From contig JBDRSF010000066.1 in assembly GCA_043825135.1 (NCBI GenBank), positions 6,355 through 70,354 on the forward strand: a DNA stretch of 64,000 bases, read 5' to 3'. The notes under the pieces were generated by a model. It did no database searches and was not told the DNA's origin. It was given only the letters and a program-made list of their open reading frames with translations. The position numbers were made by a program, and so were the translations under genes. This stretch comes from Candidatus Magasanikiibacteriota bacterium (GTDB lineage: Bacteria > Patescibacteriota > Patescibacteriia > Magasanikbacterales > UBA922). Positions 1 to 8,096 of the stretch are shown here, one piece after another (the first letter of the stretch is position 1; every line of letters starts with the position of its first letter).

Positions 1-132
1 CATCTCACAGCTTCCTTTCCAACCTACCGGTGACAAGCCAGTTTATTGCAGAGATTGCATGATGGCTCGCCGTAATGATCGCTAAACTTTTGGAAAGTTT
101 ACCCTGTACCGTATGGTCTAGGGTTAAAAAAG

Positions 133-157
133 ACTCCCTGGAAACGGGGAGTTTTTG
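133..157 (+). terminator. Rho-independent terminator-like hairpin
   Basis: actccctg-GAAA-cggggagt stem-loop followed by TTTTTGTT, downstream of a short partial ORF that ends at 85. Confidence 0.45.
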
Positions 158-178
158 TTATGAAAAATGCGATGCTCA

Positions 179-198
179 CCTGCCTGCCGGCAGGCAAG
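179..198. repeat. 20-nt GC-rich palindrome CCTGCCTGCCGGCAGGCA(A)G, copy 1 of 4 (1 mismatch)
   Basis: Direct reading; same dyad at 8043, 33013, 47407. Confidence 0.8.
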
Positions 199-275
199 TA
201 TACTAGTGCATACTAATTATACGAATAATGTTAGATCTTGATTTTTGTATTGATTTAGTTTAAAATAAAGTCACT

Positions 276-1457
276 ATGAAAAAAAATAAAGAAAAAATAC
301 TAGTGTGTATGTCAGGTGGGGTGGATTCTTCGGTAGCTGCTGCTCTTTTGGTTGAACAAGGTTACGATGTGACTGGTGTGTACATGATAAATTATGATGA
401 TAGCGATCCGAATTATCCGAATCGACATCCGAATGACCCGAATGGTGAAAAGTGTTGGTTGCCGGATTATAGGGATGCCACCCGTGTGGCGGCGAAGTTG
501 GGGATTCCACTTTTGAAACTTAATTTTGTAAAAGAATACCGTGAGACAGTTTTGAAGTACATGTTTGATGAATATAAAAAGGGAAGGACACCAAATCCAG
601 ATGTGATGTGTAATCGCTGGGTTAAGTTTGGTTTTTGGCTTAAAAAGGCTAGGGAGTTGGGTTTTGATAAGATGGCGACGGGGCATTATGCCAAATTGAA
701 AAGGAATAAGGAAAAAGGAATAAGGAAAAAGGACAAATTACTCCTTACTCCTTACTCCTTACTCCTTGGTAAGGATCAAAATAAAGATCAAACTTATTTT
801 TTACACCAACTGAATCAAGAACAACTTTCACAGACACTATTTCCTTTGGGTGATTATACAAAAGATGAAGTGAGAGGGTTGGCGGAGAAATTTGATTTGC
901 CAACAGCTAACAAAGAAGAGAGTATGGGGATTTGTTTTGTGGGGGAAGTAGATATGAAAGAGTTTTTACAGCGTAAAATAAAACCAGAGCCTGGCAAAAT
1001 TTTGATGAGCGATGGTACTATTTTAGGGGAACACGAAGGACTTCCTTTTTACACCATAGGAGAACGAGGTATTAGGTTAGGTGGCCGAAAGCCGAAAGCC
1101 GAAAGCGGAGATGTTAGACCATTATTTGTGGTTGATAAAAGATTTGAGAGTAATGAGCTAGTTGTAGGATATGAGGATGATCCTTTGTTGTTTAAAAGTG
1201 AGATTGAGGTGGGGGATGATGTGAATTGGATTTCAGGTGAAGCACCAGAGATGCCATTTGAATGTGAGGTTAGGTTGAGACATAGGCATGAATTTCAAAA
1301 TGCTGAATGCCAAATGCTGAATGCCAAATTGATTGTGAAATTTGAAAAGCCACAAAAGGCGATGACGCCTGGGCAGTTTTGTGTTTTTTATATGCAACGT
1401 GACGAAGTTTTACGTGGTAAAGAAATCGAGTGTCTTGGTGGGGGAGTAATTTTATAA
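276..1457 (+). CDS. mnmA: tRNA-specific 2-thiouridylase MnmA
   Basis: PP-loop SGGVDSS near N-terminus; full-length MnmA-like sequence; carries three in-frame repeat-derived inserts (403-443, 701-770, 1085-1105). Confidence 0.9.
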   Translation: MKKNKEKILVCMSGGVDSSVAAALLVEQGYDVTGVYMINYDDSDPNYPNRHPNDPNGEKCWLPDYRDATRVAAKLGIPLLKLNFVKEYRETVLKYMFDEYKKGRTPNPDVMCNRWVKFGFWLKKARELGFDKMATGHYAKLKRNKEKGIRKKDKLLLTPYSLLLGKDQNKDQTYFLHQLNQEQLSQTLFPLGDYTKDEVRGLAEKFDLPTANKEESMGICFVGEVDMKEFLQRKIKPEPGKILMSDGTILGEHEGLPFYTIGERGIRLGGRKPKAESGDVRPLFVVDKRFESNELVVGYEDDPLLFKSEIEVGDDVNWISGEAPEMPFECEVRLRHRHEFQNAECQMLNAKLIVKFEKPQKAMTPGQFCVFYMQRDEVLRGKEIECLGGGVIL

Positions 1458-1524
1458 AAAGTAAAGCCCCGATGTGTGTCGGGGCGGGAATAAGAGAAGA
1501 ATTTTAGTTTGAATAACCATGTGG

Positions 1525-1626
1525 TCACTTTTTACCATCCTTTTTCTCTGGTTTTTTCTTGATTTGACATCCGGTAATTCCGAATGCTAAGAAGATTGCG
1601 AGGATTATAGCAAGTGTATTAAACAT
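1525..1626 (-). CDS. Candidate 33-aa small lipoprotein (MFNTLAIILAIFLAFGITGCQIKKKPEKKDGKK)
   Basis: ATG preceded by GGAGA at about -7; signal-peptide-like hydrophobic stretch ending in lipobox-like ITGC; below the 60-aa cutoff of the ORF track. Confidence 0.3.
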   Translation of the reverse strand: MFNTLAIILAIFLAFGITGCQIKKKPEKKDGKK

Positions 1627-1689
1627 GCGATTCTCCTCATATCAAATTAAAGAGCGATATTGTGTCAGAGTTTTCACTCTGTTGTTCTA

Positions 1690-1940
1690 GGTAGCCCTAG
1701 GATGATTTTGTGGACACACCCCTGACAAGATCTTCAATGCCAGGATCAGCACGGCCGTGCTAAAGGTGGGTTATCAGAAATGTGTCCGGAGGAGTCATCC
1801 TAGGGCTCGGCATGTAAATCTAATGCAGTTTGAGATGGTAGGTCTACCTCTCTGGTTGGATGCCCCTAGAAGGCACTACATCAGAATACATGTGCATCCT
1901 TTCCAAAAGACACTAGGATGCGTGGTTAGGGGTAGATAGA
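1690..1940. ncRNA. GC-rich structured segment, candidate unassigned ncRNA
   Basis: Locally much higher GC than surroundings; 14-bp long-range pairing agccctaggatgat(1693-1706)/atcatcctagggct(1794-1807) enclosing nested hairpins (ggacacac/gtgtgtcc, gcacgg/ccgtgc); the only ORF (1757-1939) has no recognisable features. Confidence 0.3.
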
Positions 1941-2152
1941 AAGCGTATCTATATTATAGTATTTATTAAAAAAAAGTCAAGTCTTTGACTAAAAACAGAT
2001 AAATTGATAAAATAGATATATCTATTTTAATTTAAAAAATATATGGAAAATTTGGAATCAACTGTCACTTTGGGAAGTTTTATCTTCTCATCTTTGCCAA
2101 TTTTAATTTTGGTAGGGATTGTGGTATTTTTAGCTTTTAAGTATCTTAAATA

Positions 2153-2211
2153 AGTCCATAAAGTCATAAAGTTCGTAAAGTCTTGACTTTAGAAACTTTA
2201 TAACTTTATAA
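2153..2211. repeat. Head-to-head array of TAAAGTC repeats (cataaagtc ataaagttc gtaaagtc | gactttag aactttata actttataa) ending 10 nt before alaS ATG
   Basis: Direct reading; same array type at 16197-16234, 36583-36670, 43925-44001. Confidence 0.8.
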
Positions 2212-2221
2212 ATTAATTTTT

Positions 2222-4042
2222 ATGAACACTGGCGAACTGCGACAGAAGTATTTGAAATTTTTCAAATTAAAAAATCATTCTGTAATACCATCAGCTTCTT
2301 TGCTTCCGGAAAATGATCCGACAGTTTTGTTTACTACAGCTGGGATGCATCCATTGGTGCTATATCTATTGGGTGAAAAACATCCTAGCGGAACACGGCT
2401 TGCAGATGTACAGAAGTGTGTGCGTACTGGTGATATTGATGATGTTGGAGATCAATGGCATCTAACATTTTTTGAGATGTTGGGGAATTGGAGTTTGAAT
2501 GATTATTGGAAAAAAGAAGCAATTGAATTTAGTTTTGAATTTTTGACTAAAGAATTAAATATTCCTGTAGAAAAATTAGCTGTTAGTGTATTTGAGGGTG
2601 ATGATGACGCACCGTTTGATGAAGAAAGTTACAATATCTGGAAAAATCTTGGTTTATCAGAAGAAAGAATTTATAAATATAATAAAAAAGAAAACTGGTG
2701 GGGGCCAGCTGGAACCACTGGACCATGTGGGCCTGATAGTGAAATGTTTTTTATTACTGATAAGCCGGCTTGCGGGTCAGATTGCCAACCTAGTTGTTCT
2801 TGTGGAAAGTATGTTGAAATTTGGAATGATGTGTTTATGGAATATTTCAAAGATGAGAAAGGAAATTATAATAAAGCTGAAATACGTAATGTAGATACTG
2901 GTATGGGGGTGGAGAGAGTTACAGCAGTTTTGAATAATTTGTCAGATAATTACCAAGTTGATACTATGAAGCCAATAGTTGAGAAGGTAGAAGAATTATC
3001 AGACAAGAAATATGGAGAGAATAATGAAATAACAAACTCTATTCGCATAGTCGCGGATCATATGCGTGCTACTACTATGATAATGGGGGATGAGCGGGGG
3101 ATTACTCCTGGTAATGTTGACCAAGGTTATGTGGTGCGTAAGCTTATCCGTCGTGCTATTCGTCATGGTAAAAAATTAGGAATTGAAGATAATTTTTGTC
3201 TTAAAATTGCTGAGGTAGTGATGAGTATTTTCGCTGAAATATATCCTGAAGTAATAAAAAACAAAGATACAGTTTTACACGAAATAGAAAAAGAAGAAAT
3301 TAAATTTAGAGATACTTTAGAACAAGGTATAAAAGAATTTGAAAAACTTTTGAATGGTTTTAAAATGGCTGAAGAAAAAACTGGTAATAAGATTACTGAG
3401 ATTTCTGGTAAACAAGCTTTTAAACTTTATGACACTTATGGTTTTCCAATTGAATTAACAGAAGATTTGGCAAAAGAGAATGATTTGATTGTCGATATAC
3501 AGGGTTTTGAAGAAGCTTTTGAGAAACATCAGGATTTATCTCGTGCCGGAGCTGAACAAAAATTTAAAGGTGGATTGGCTGATACTGGTGAGATGAGTAC
3601 AAAGTATCATACAGCTACACATTTGTTACATTCAGCCTTGTACAAAGTTTTAGGCAAACATGTTGAACAAAAAGGTAGTAATATTACCGCTGATCGTCTA
3701 CGCTTTGACTTTACTCATGGTGAAAAAATGACTGATGAAGAAAAAAAGCAAGTTGAAGATCTTGTTAACAATGCTATAGATAAAAAACTTTCAGTTTCAA
3801 TGGAAGAAATGAGTGTAGAAGAGGCAAAAAAACAAGGTGCAATTGGTTTGTTTGGTGATAAGTATGGTGAAAAGGTTAAAGTTTATACAATCAGTCCTTT
3901 GGCAGGCTCAGGATCTCCTTTCAGTCGAGAAATCTGTGGTGGACCGCATGTTGAAAATATAGGTGATTTAGGACATTTTAGAATCAAAAAAGAAGAATCT
4001 TCAAGTGCTGGTGTGAGGCGTATTAAAGCTATACTTGAATAA
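2222..4042 (+). CDS. alaS: Alanine--tRNA ligase, short form without C-Ala domain
   Basis: N-terminal AlaRS catalytic core (FTTAGMHP..., HLTFFEMLGNWS); editing-domain HxxxH (HTATHLLH) and C-terminal CGGPHV zinc motif; 606 aa versus about 870 aa in E. coli. Confidence 0.9.
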   Translation: MNTGELRQKYLKFFKLKNHSVIPSASLLPENDPTVLFTTAGMHPLVLYLLGEKHPSGTRLADVQKCVRTGDIDDVGDQWHLTFFEMLGNWSLNDYWKKEAIEFSFEFLTKELNIPVEKLAVSVFEGDDDAPFDEESYNIWKNLGLSEERIYKYNKKENWWGPAGTTGPCGPDSEMFFITDKPACGSDCQPSCSCGKYVEIWNDVFMEYFKDEKGNYNKAEIRNVDTGMGVERVTAVLNNLSDNYQVDTMKPIVEKVEELSDKKYGENNEITNSIRIVADHMRATTMIMGDERGITPGNVDQGYVVRKLIRRAIRHGKKLGIEDNFCLKIAEVVMSIFAEIYPEVIKNKDTVLHEIEKEEIKFRDTLEQGIKEFEKLLNGFKMAEEKTGNKITEISGKQAFKLYDTYGFPIELTEDLAKENDLIVDIQGFEEAFEKHQDLSRAGAEQKFKGGLADTGEMSTKYHTATHLLHSALYKVLGKHVEQKGSNITADRLRFDFTHGEKMTDEEKKQVEDLVNNAIDKKLSVSMEEMSVEEAKKQGAIGLFGDKYGEKVKVYTISPLAGSGSPFSREICGGPHVENIGDLGHFRIKKEESSSAGVRRIKAILE

Positions 4043-4047
4043 AAAAA

Positions 4048-4145
4048 TATCATTTATCACTTATCATATATCTCATGTTGAATAGAAATGATAAATGATA
4101 AATGATACCCACAGGGCATCCCTCTGCGGGGATAAATGATAAATT
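4048..4145. repeat. Palindromic GATAAATGA...CCCACAGGGCATCCCTCTGCGGGG...GATAAATGATAAA element, copy 1 of 4
   Basis: Outer inverted tatcatttatca/tgataaatgata repeats plus central cccacaggg-catccct-ctgcgggg hairpin; ends immediately before the ATG at 4146. Confidence 0.75.
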
Positions 4146-4553
4146 ATGCTTAGAAAGTTACTATCTTATTTCTGGCGTGTTCGCTTTGAATTTACAAAAT
4201 ACTTTGTAATCGGTTTTTCCGGCATGTTTTTGGATATTGCTACTTTAGTTTTATTCAAAGAAGTGTTTGGTGTGTGGGCGACTTTAGCAGTGATTTTGAA
4301 TCAAATTATTGTGGTTGCCTATAATTTTACACTAAACAAATATTGGTCATTCAAAAATAAGGCTCTACCACACAAACAGTTTGTGAGGTATATGTTAGTT
4401 TTTGGTGTTAATTATCTAATAGCGATTGGAGCTATGTTTGTGTTTAGTGATAAAGTCGGATTTGATTATCGTCTGGTTAGGATATTTACAATCGCATTAT
4501 CCGTAAGTTGGAACTTTTTAATTTATAAATATTGGGTGTATAAGAACACATAA
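4146..4553 (+). CDS. GtrA-family membrane protein (polysaccharide synthesis-associated)
   Basis: 135 aa, 4 predicted TM helices, GtrA-like pattern incl. NFTLNKYWSF. Confidence 0.65.
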   Translation: MLRKLLSYFWRVRFEFTKYFVIGFSGMFLDIATLVLFKEVFGVWATLAVILNQIIVVAYNFTLNKYWSFKNKALPHKQFVRYMLVFGVNYLIAIGAMFVFSDKVGFDYRLVRIFTIALSVSWNFLIYKYWVYKNT

Positions 4554-4754
4554 CACGTATCACATATCACAAGATAAAGGTTCTTTTTGATGGTAATTTT
4601 TGTTAATTTAATTTAAGTGGTTTATTCCTTACTCCTTACCCCTTTTTCCTTAATCCTTAATAAAAAAGTTATTAACACCCCCTTCTGGTATATTTTACTT
4701 GACAGTTTTATTAAAATATAGTAAAATATCGCCAGATTAATCTTTTTGCTAATC

Positions 4755-4973
4755 ATGGCCAAAAATTCAGATGTGGTGGAAATTCGCGGTACAGTTGAAG
4801 AATTGTTACCCGGCGCCACTTTTCGAGTAAAATTAGAAAGCGATCATGAGATTATTGCCCATCTTTCGGGCAAAATGAGAATGAATCGTATTAGATTGGG
4901 AGTTGGTGACGAAATCAAAGTCGAACTTACTCCTTATGATTTGTCCAAAGGTAGGATAACTTATAGATTCTAA
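4755..4973 (+). CDS. infA: Translation initiation factor IF-1
   Basis: [28 protein letters not shown]... S1-like IF-1 sequence; start set at the MAK Met inside ORF-track frame 4746-4973. Confidence 0.9.
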   Translation: MAKNSDVVEIRGTVEELLPGATFRVKLESDHEIIAHLSGKMRMNRIRLGVGDEIKVELTPYDLSKGRITYRF

Positions 4974-5061
4974 AGAGTATCAACCAGTGCGGTGGAATTC
5001 GGCTCTCGTTAGCTGAATGATGATATCGCGGCAGTGGTTGGTATTTTTTGTTAAAATATAT

Positions 5062-5199
5062 ATGAAAGTAAAGTCCTCAGTAAAAAAACGTTGTAAAAAG
5101 TGCCAGACCGTAAGACGTTGTGGTGTAGTTCATGTTATCTGTGAAAACCCTCGTCATAAACAACGTCAAGGTACAAAAATAAGAAAAAAATCCGCTTAA
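5062..5199 (+). CDS. rpmJ: 50S ribosomal protein L36
   Basis: [37 protein letters not shown]; zinc-ribbon L36 signature; real start internal to ORF-track 5017-5199. Confidence 0.85.
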   Translation: MKVKSSVKKRCKKCQTVRRCGVVHVICENPRHKQRQGTKIRKKSA

Positions 5200-5210
5200 A
5201 TTGATTTTAT

Positions 5211-5597
5211 ATGAGAATTTCTGGTGTAACAATTCCAAAAGACAAGAGAGTAGTTATTAGTTTGACTTATATCTTCGGTATTGGTCCTACTACTTCTGTC
5301 AAAATTTTGGCAGAAGCCAACATAGACGAGAGTATCCGAGTTAAGGATCTTACACAAGATCAACAAGATTCTATTCGTAATATTATAGAAAAAAAGCACA
5401 AAACTGAAGGTGATCTGCGTCGTGAAGTTTCTAGTAACATAAAACGTCTCAAAGATATTAAGAGTTATAGAGGTACTAGACATACAAAGAGGTTGCCAGT
5501 TCGCGGTCAAAGAACTAAGACAAATTCTCGTACCATGAGAGGTAATAAGAGAAATTTGGCTACTAGTGGTAAAAAACCAACAGCTCAAAAAACCTAA
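5211..5597 (+). CDS. rpsM: 30S ribosomal protein S13
   Basis: [29 protein letters not shown]... typical S13. Confidence 0.9.
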   Translation: MRISGVTIPKDKRVVISLTYIFGIGPTTSVKILAEANIDESIRVKDLTQDQQDSIRNIIEKKHKTEGDLRREVSSNIKRLKDIKSYRGTRHTKRLPVRGQRTKTNSRTMRGNKRNLATSGKKPTAQKT

Positions 5598-5617
5598 CAC
5601 AGATTTTAAAATAAAGT

Positions 5618-6013
5618 ATGGTAAAGAAAGCAAAAAAAACAATTAAGAAAAAGAAAGTTATTAAGAAAATTGGTCATGGCAGAGCTTATATTCAAGCCAC
5701 TTTTAATAACACTATTGTAAGTATTACTGATCAAAATGGTGATGTTTTGGGTTGGGCTAGTGCTGGTATGGTTGGTTTCAAAGGTCCTAAGAAAGCGACT
5801 CCCTATGCTGCTAGTCAAGTGGTAAAAAAAGTTGTTGATTCTATAGCTGATTACGCTGTAAAAGAAGTAAATGTTTTTGTAAAAGGTATAGGAGCTGGTC
5901 GTGAGGGCGCTATTAGAGCCCTGAACACTAATGGTCTGCAAGTTTTATCAGTAAAGGATACCACGCCAATTCCACACAATGGTTGTCGTCCTCCAAAGAG
6001 ACGAAGGGTTTAA
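5618..6013 (+). CDS. rpsK: 30S ribosomal protein S11
   Basis: GRAYIQATFNNTIVSITDQNGDVLGWASAGMVGFKGPKKATPYAA. Confidence 0.9.
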   Translation: MVKKAKKTIKKKKVIKKIGHGRAYIQATFNNTIVSITDQNGDVLGWASAGMVGFKGPKKATPYAASQVVKKVVDSIADYAVKEVNVFVKGIGAGREGAIRALNTNGLQVLSVKDTTPIPHNGCRPPKRRRV

Positions 6014-6042
6014 ATTAATTTAGAAATTAGGAAATTATTGAT

Positions 6043-6666
6043 ATGGGTAAATATATCGGTCCAAAAAATAAAATTGCTAGAAGATTTGGAGTAAATCTTG
6101 GTTTAAAAAGCAATCCAACTAAGGTTGCTAGAAGACTAAGCCAAGCTCCAGGGGTGCATGGTCCTAAAAAAAGACGTGTGTCTAGTTCTAGTTATGGTAA
6201 ACAACTTTTGGAAAAGCAAAAAGCTAAATATATCTATGGTCTTAGAGAAAAACAATTTAGAGGTTATGTAATTGAAGCTAATCGTCAAGAGGGTGATTCT
6301 GGTGTTAATTTACAAAAGCTTTTAGAACTTAGAATGGATAATGTTGTTTATCGTTTAGGTTTTGCAGATACCAGAGCCCAAGCTCGTCAATTTGTTTCTC
6401 ATAGTATGTTTTATCTAAATGGCAAGAAAATGAATATCCCTTCTCATATTTTGAAAGTTGGTGATGTGGTTGAGTTGCGAGTTAATAAACAAAAAAAGAA
6501 AATTTTTGAAACAATAACTGACAAGTTAAGTAAAATAGAAACAGCTAGTTGGCTTAGTGTAGACCCTAACAAGAAGTCAGGAAAGATATTAAATTTACCA
6601 ACTGATAAAGATTTTGACAAGGTTTTTGATGTTAAGCTTATCATTGAGTACTACTCAGCCAGATAA
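6043..6666 (+). CDS. rpsD: 30S ribosomal protein S4
   Basis: MGKYIGPKNKIARRFGVNLGLKS... plus C-terminal S4 domain. Confidence 0.9.
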   Translation: MGKYIGPKNKIARRFGVNLGLKSNPTKVARRLSQAPGVHGPKKRRVSSSSYGKQLLEKQKAKYIYGLREKQFRGYVIEANRQEGDSGVNLQKLLELRMDNVVYRLGFADTRAQARQFVSHSMFYLNGKKMNIPSHILKVGDVVELRVNKQKKKIFETITDKLSKIETASWLSVDPNKKSGKILNLPTDKDFDKVFDVKLIIEYYSAR

Positions 6667-6830
6667 TTTAACAACCTATTTTTATTTCCGCCCGAGGAGG
6701 CGGACTAGTGGTTTAATACCGCATGGCTTACTGTGAAAGAGTATCTTTTAATACTTCACCAGTTTGCTGAGAATAGTTTATTCAGGGAGGGTATCCCATC
6801 CCGATTGAGTCGGGATAGAACAAAAAATAT

Positions 6831-7673
6831 ATGGAACACATATTACTACCATCCACAATAGAATTTCAGGAAACTGATGAAAAAAATGTTGCTAATGTCA
6901 TTATAACTCCTTGTCAGCAGGGTTATGGTACCACACTTGGTAATTCTTTGCGTAGAGTATTGCTTTCATCCCTACCAGGTGCAGCTGTAGAATCTGTAAA
7001 AATAAAAGGTGTACAGCATGAATTTTCAGGTTTAGACGGAGTGCAAGAGGATATGGTAGAGGTTATTTTAAATTTAAAACAATTAGCTGTAAAATCTTAT
7101 TCTGATGAGCCAATCACTTTGTCCTTGGTTAAAAAAGGCAAAGGTGATGTTACAGCTGTCGATTTTGAAAAAAATTCTGATATAGAAATTATAAATACAG
7201 ATTTAAAAATAATGACAATAACTGATGATAAATGTCAAGTAGAGTTGGAAGTTGTCATTGGTCAAGGATTCGGCCATGTAGCAGTAGGTGAAAAAGAAGG
7301 TAAAAATTTAGATCTAGGTACTATTTTGATAGATTCACTATACACTCCAATTGTTGATGTTGGTTATAGAGTAGAAATGACTCGGGTTGGTGATGTTACT
7401 AACTATGAAAAATTAAGCTTAAAGATTGAAACAAACGGCACTATTACACCAAAAGAAGCTTTACATCAGTCAACTAAGATTTTAATGGATTATTTTGCTT
7501 TGGTATTAGAATCTACTGAGAATGGTAATATGACAAAAATGAAGGTTGAAGAGACTGAAAAAGAAGACGAAGAGGTCATTGCTGAAGAAGAAATAGTGGA
7601 AGAAAAACCAAAAAAGAAAATTATTAAAAAAACTACAAAAACTATTAAGAAAAAAGTGGAGGAAGAAGAATAA
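6831..7673 (+). CDS. rpoA: DNA-directed RNA polymerase subunit alpha, N-terminal domain only; alpha-CTD replaced by charged low-complexity tail
   Basis: RpoA NTD motifs (ITPCQQGYGTTLGNSLRRVLLSSLPGAAV); last about 45 aa EETEKEDEEVIAEEEIVEEKPKKKIIKKTTKTIKKKVEEEE with no alpha-CTD helix-hairpin-helix. Confidence 0.85.
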   Translation: MEHILLPSTIEFQETDEKNVANVIITPCQQGYGTTLGNSLRRVLLSSLPGAAVESVKIKGVQHEFSGLDGVQEDMVEVILNLKQLAVKSYSDEPITLSLVKKGKGDVTAVDFEKNSDIEIINTDLKIMTITDDKCQVELEVVIGQGFGHVAVGEKEGKNLDLGTILIDSLYTPIVDVGYRVEMTRVGDVTNYEKLSLKIETNGTITPKEALHQSTKILMDYFALVLESTENGNMTKMKVEETEKEDEEVIAEEEIVEEKPKKKIIKKTTKTIKKKVEEEE

Positions 7674-7678
7674 ATGTT

Positions 7679-8029
7679 ATGCGACATAAGAAGAAAAAAT
7701 TTACTTTAGGTAGAGAAAGAGCTCATCGTGATGCTATGATGAAAAATTTAGCTGAGAGTTTGATTTTGCATGGCAAAATTAAAACTACAAAAGCTAAAGC
7801 TAAAGCCTTACGTACAGTAGTAGAACCTTTGATTACAAAAGCTAAAGCCGGTACATTGGCTGCTAGACGTGAGTTAATCAAAGCTCTTTTTACTGATGAA
7901 GTTGTTAAAAAAATGATGGATGAGCTTGGTCCTAAGTATAAAGATAGAAAAGGTGGTTATACTAGAATAATTAAGTTGGTTCATCGCGATTCTGATTCTG
8001 CTGAGATGGCTAGAATAGAACTAGTATAA
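7679..8029 (+). CDS. rplQ: 50S ribosomal protein L17
   Basis: MRHKKKKFTLGRERAHRDAMMKNLAESLILHGKIKTT. Confidence 0.9.
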   Translation: MRHKKKKFTLGRERAHRDAMMKNLAESLILHGKIKTTKAKAKALRTVVEPLITKAKAGTLAARRELIKALFTDEVVKKMMDELGPKYKDRKGGYTRIIKLVHRDSDSAEMARIELV

Positions 8030-8040
8030 CTCGATTCTAA

Positions 8041-8064
8041 TACCTGCCTGCCGGCAGGCAGGTA
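8041..8064. repeat. Perfect palindrome tACCTGCCTGCCGGCAGGCAGGTa (20-mer core copy 2)
   Basis: Direct reading; 12 nt after rplQ stop. Confidence 0.85.
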
Positions 8065-8096
8065 CGAATTCATCCGAATTATCCAAATAAAAGAAT

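Noticed and set aside
2-85. Partial ORF ending at 85 (…KPVYCRDCMMARRNDR*), possible C-terminus of an upstream gene with a CxxC motif
   Set aside because: Only 28 codons are visible; cannot be supported as a real CDS from this window alone.
1757-1939. 60-aa ORF inside the GC-rich block upstream of alaS
   Set aside because: No RBS or recognisable motif; the region is better explained as structured RNA/non-coding.
2043-2153. 36-aa hydrophobic ORF (MENLESTVTLGSFIFSSLPILILVGIVVFLAFKYLK) upstream of alaS
   Set aside because: AT-rich region generates such ORFs by chance; no SD; kept only as a note.
5196-5941. Antisense ORFs 5196-5642 (-) and 5606-5941 (-) opposite rpsM/rpsK
   Set aside because: Opposite strong ribosomal-protein genes; low-complexity translations.
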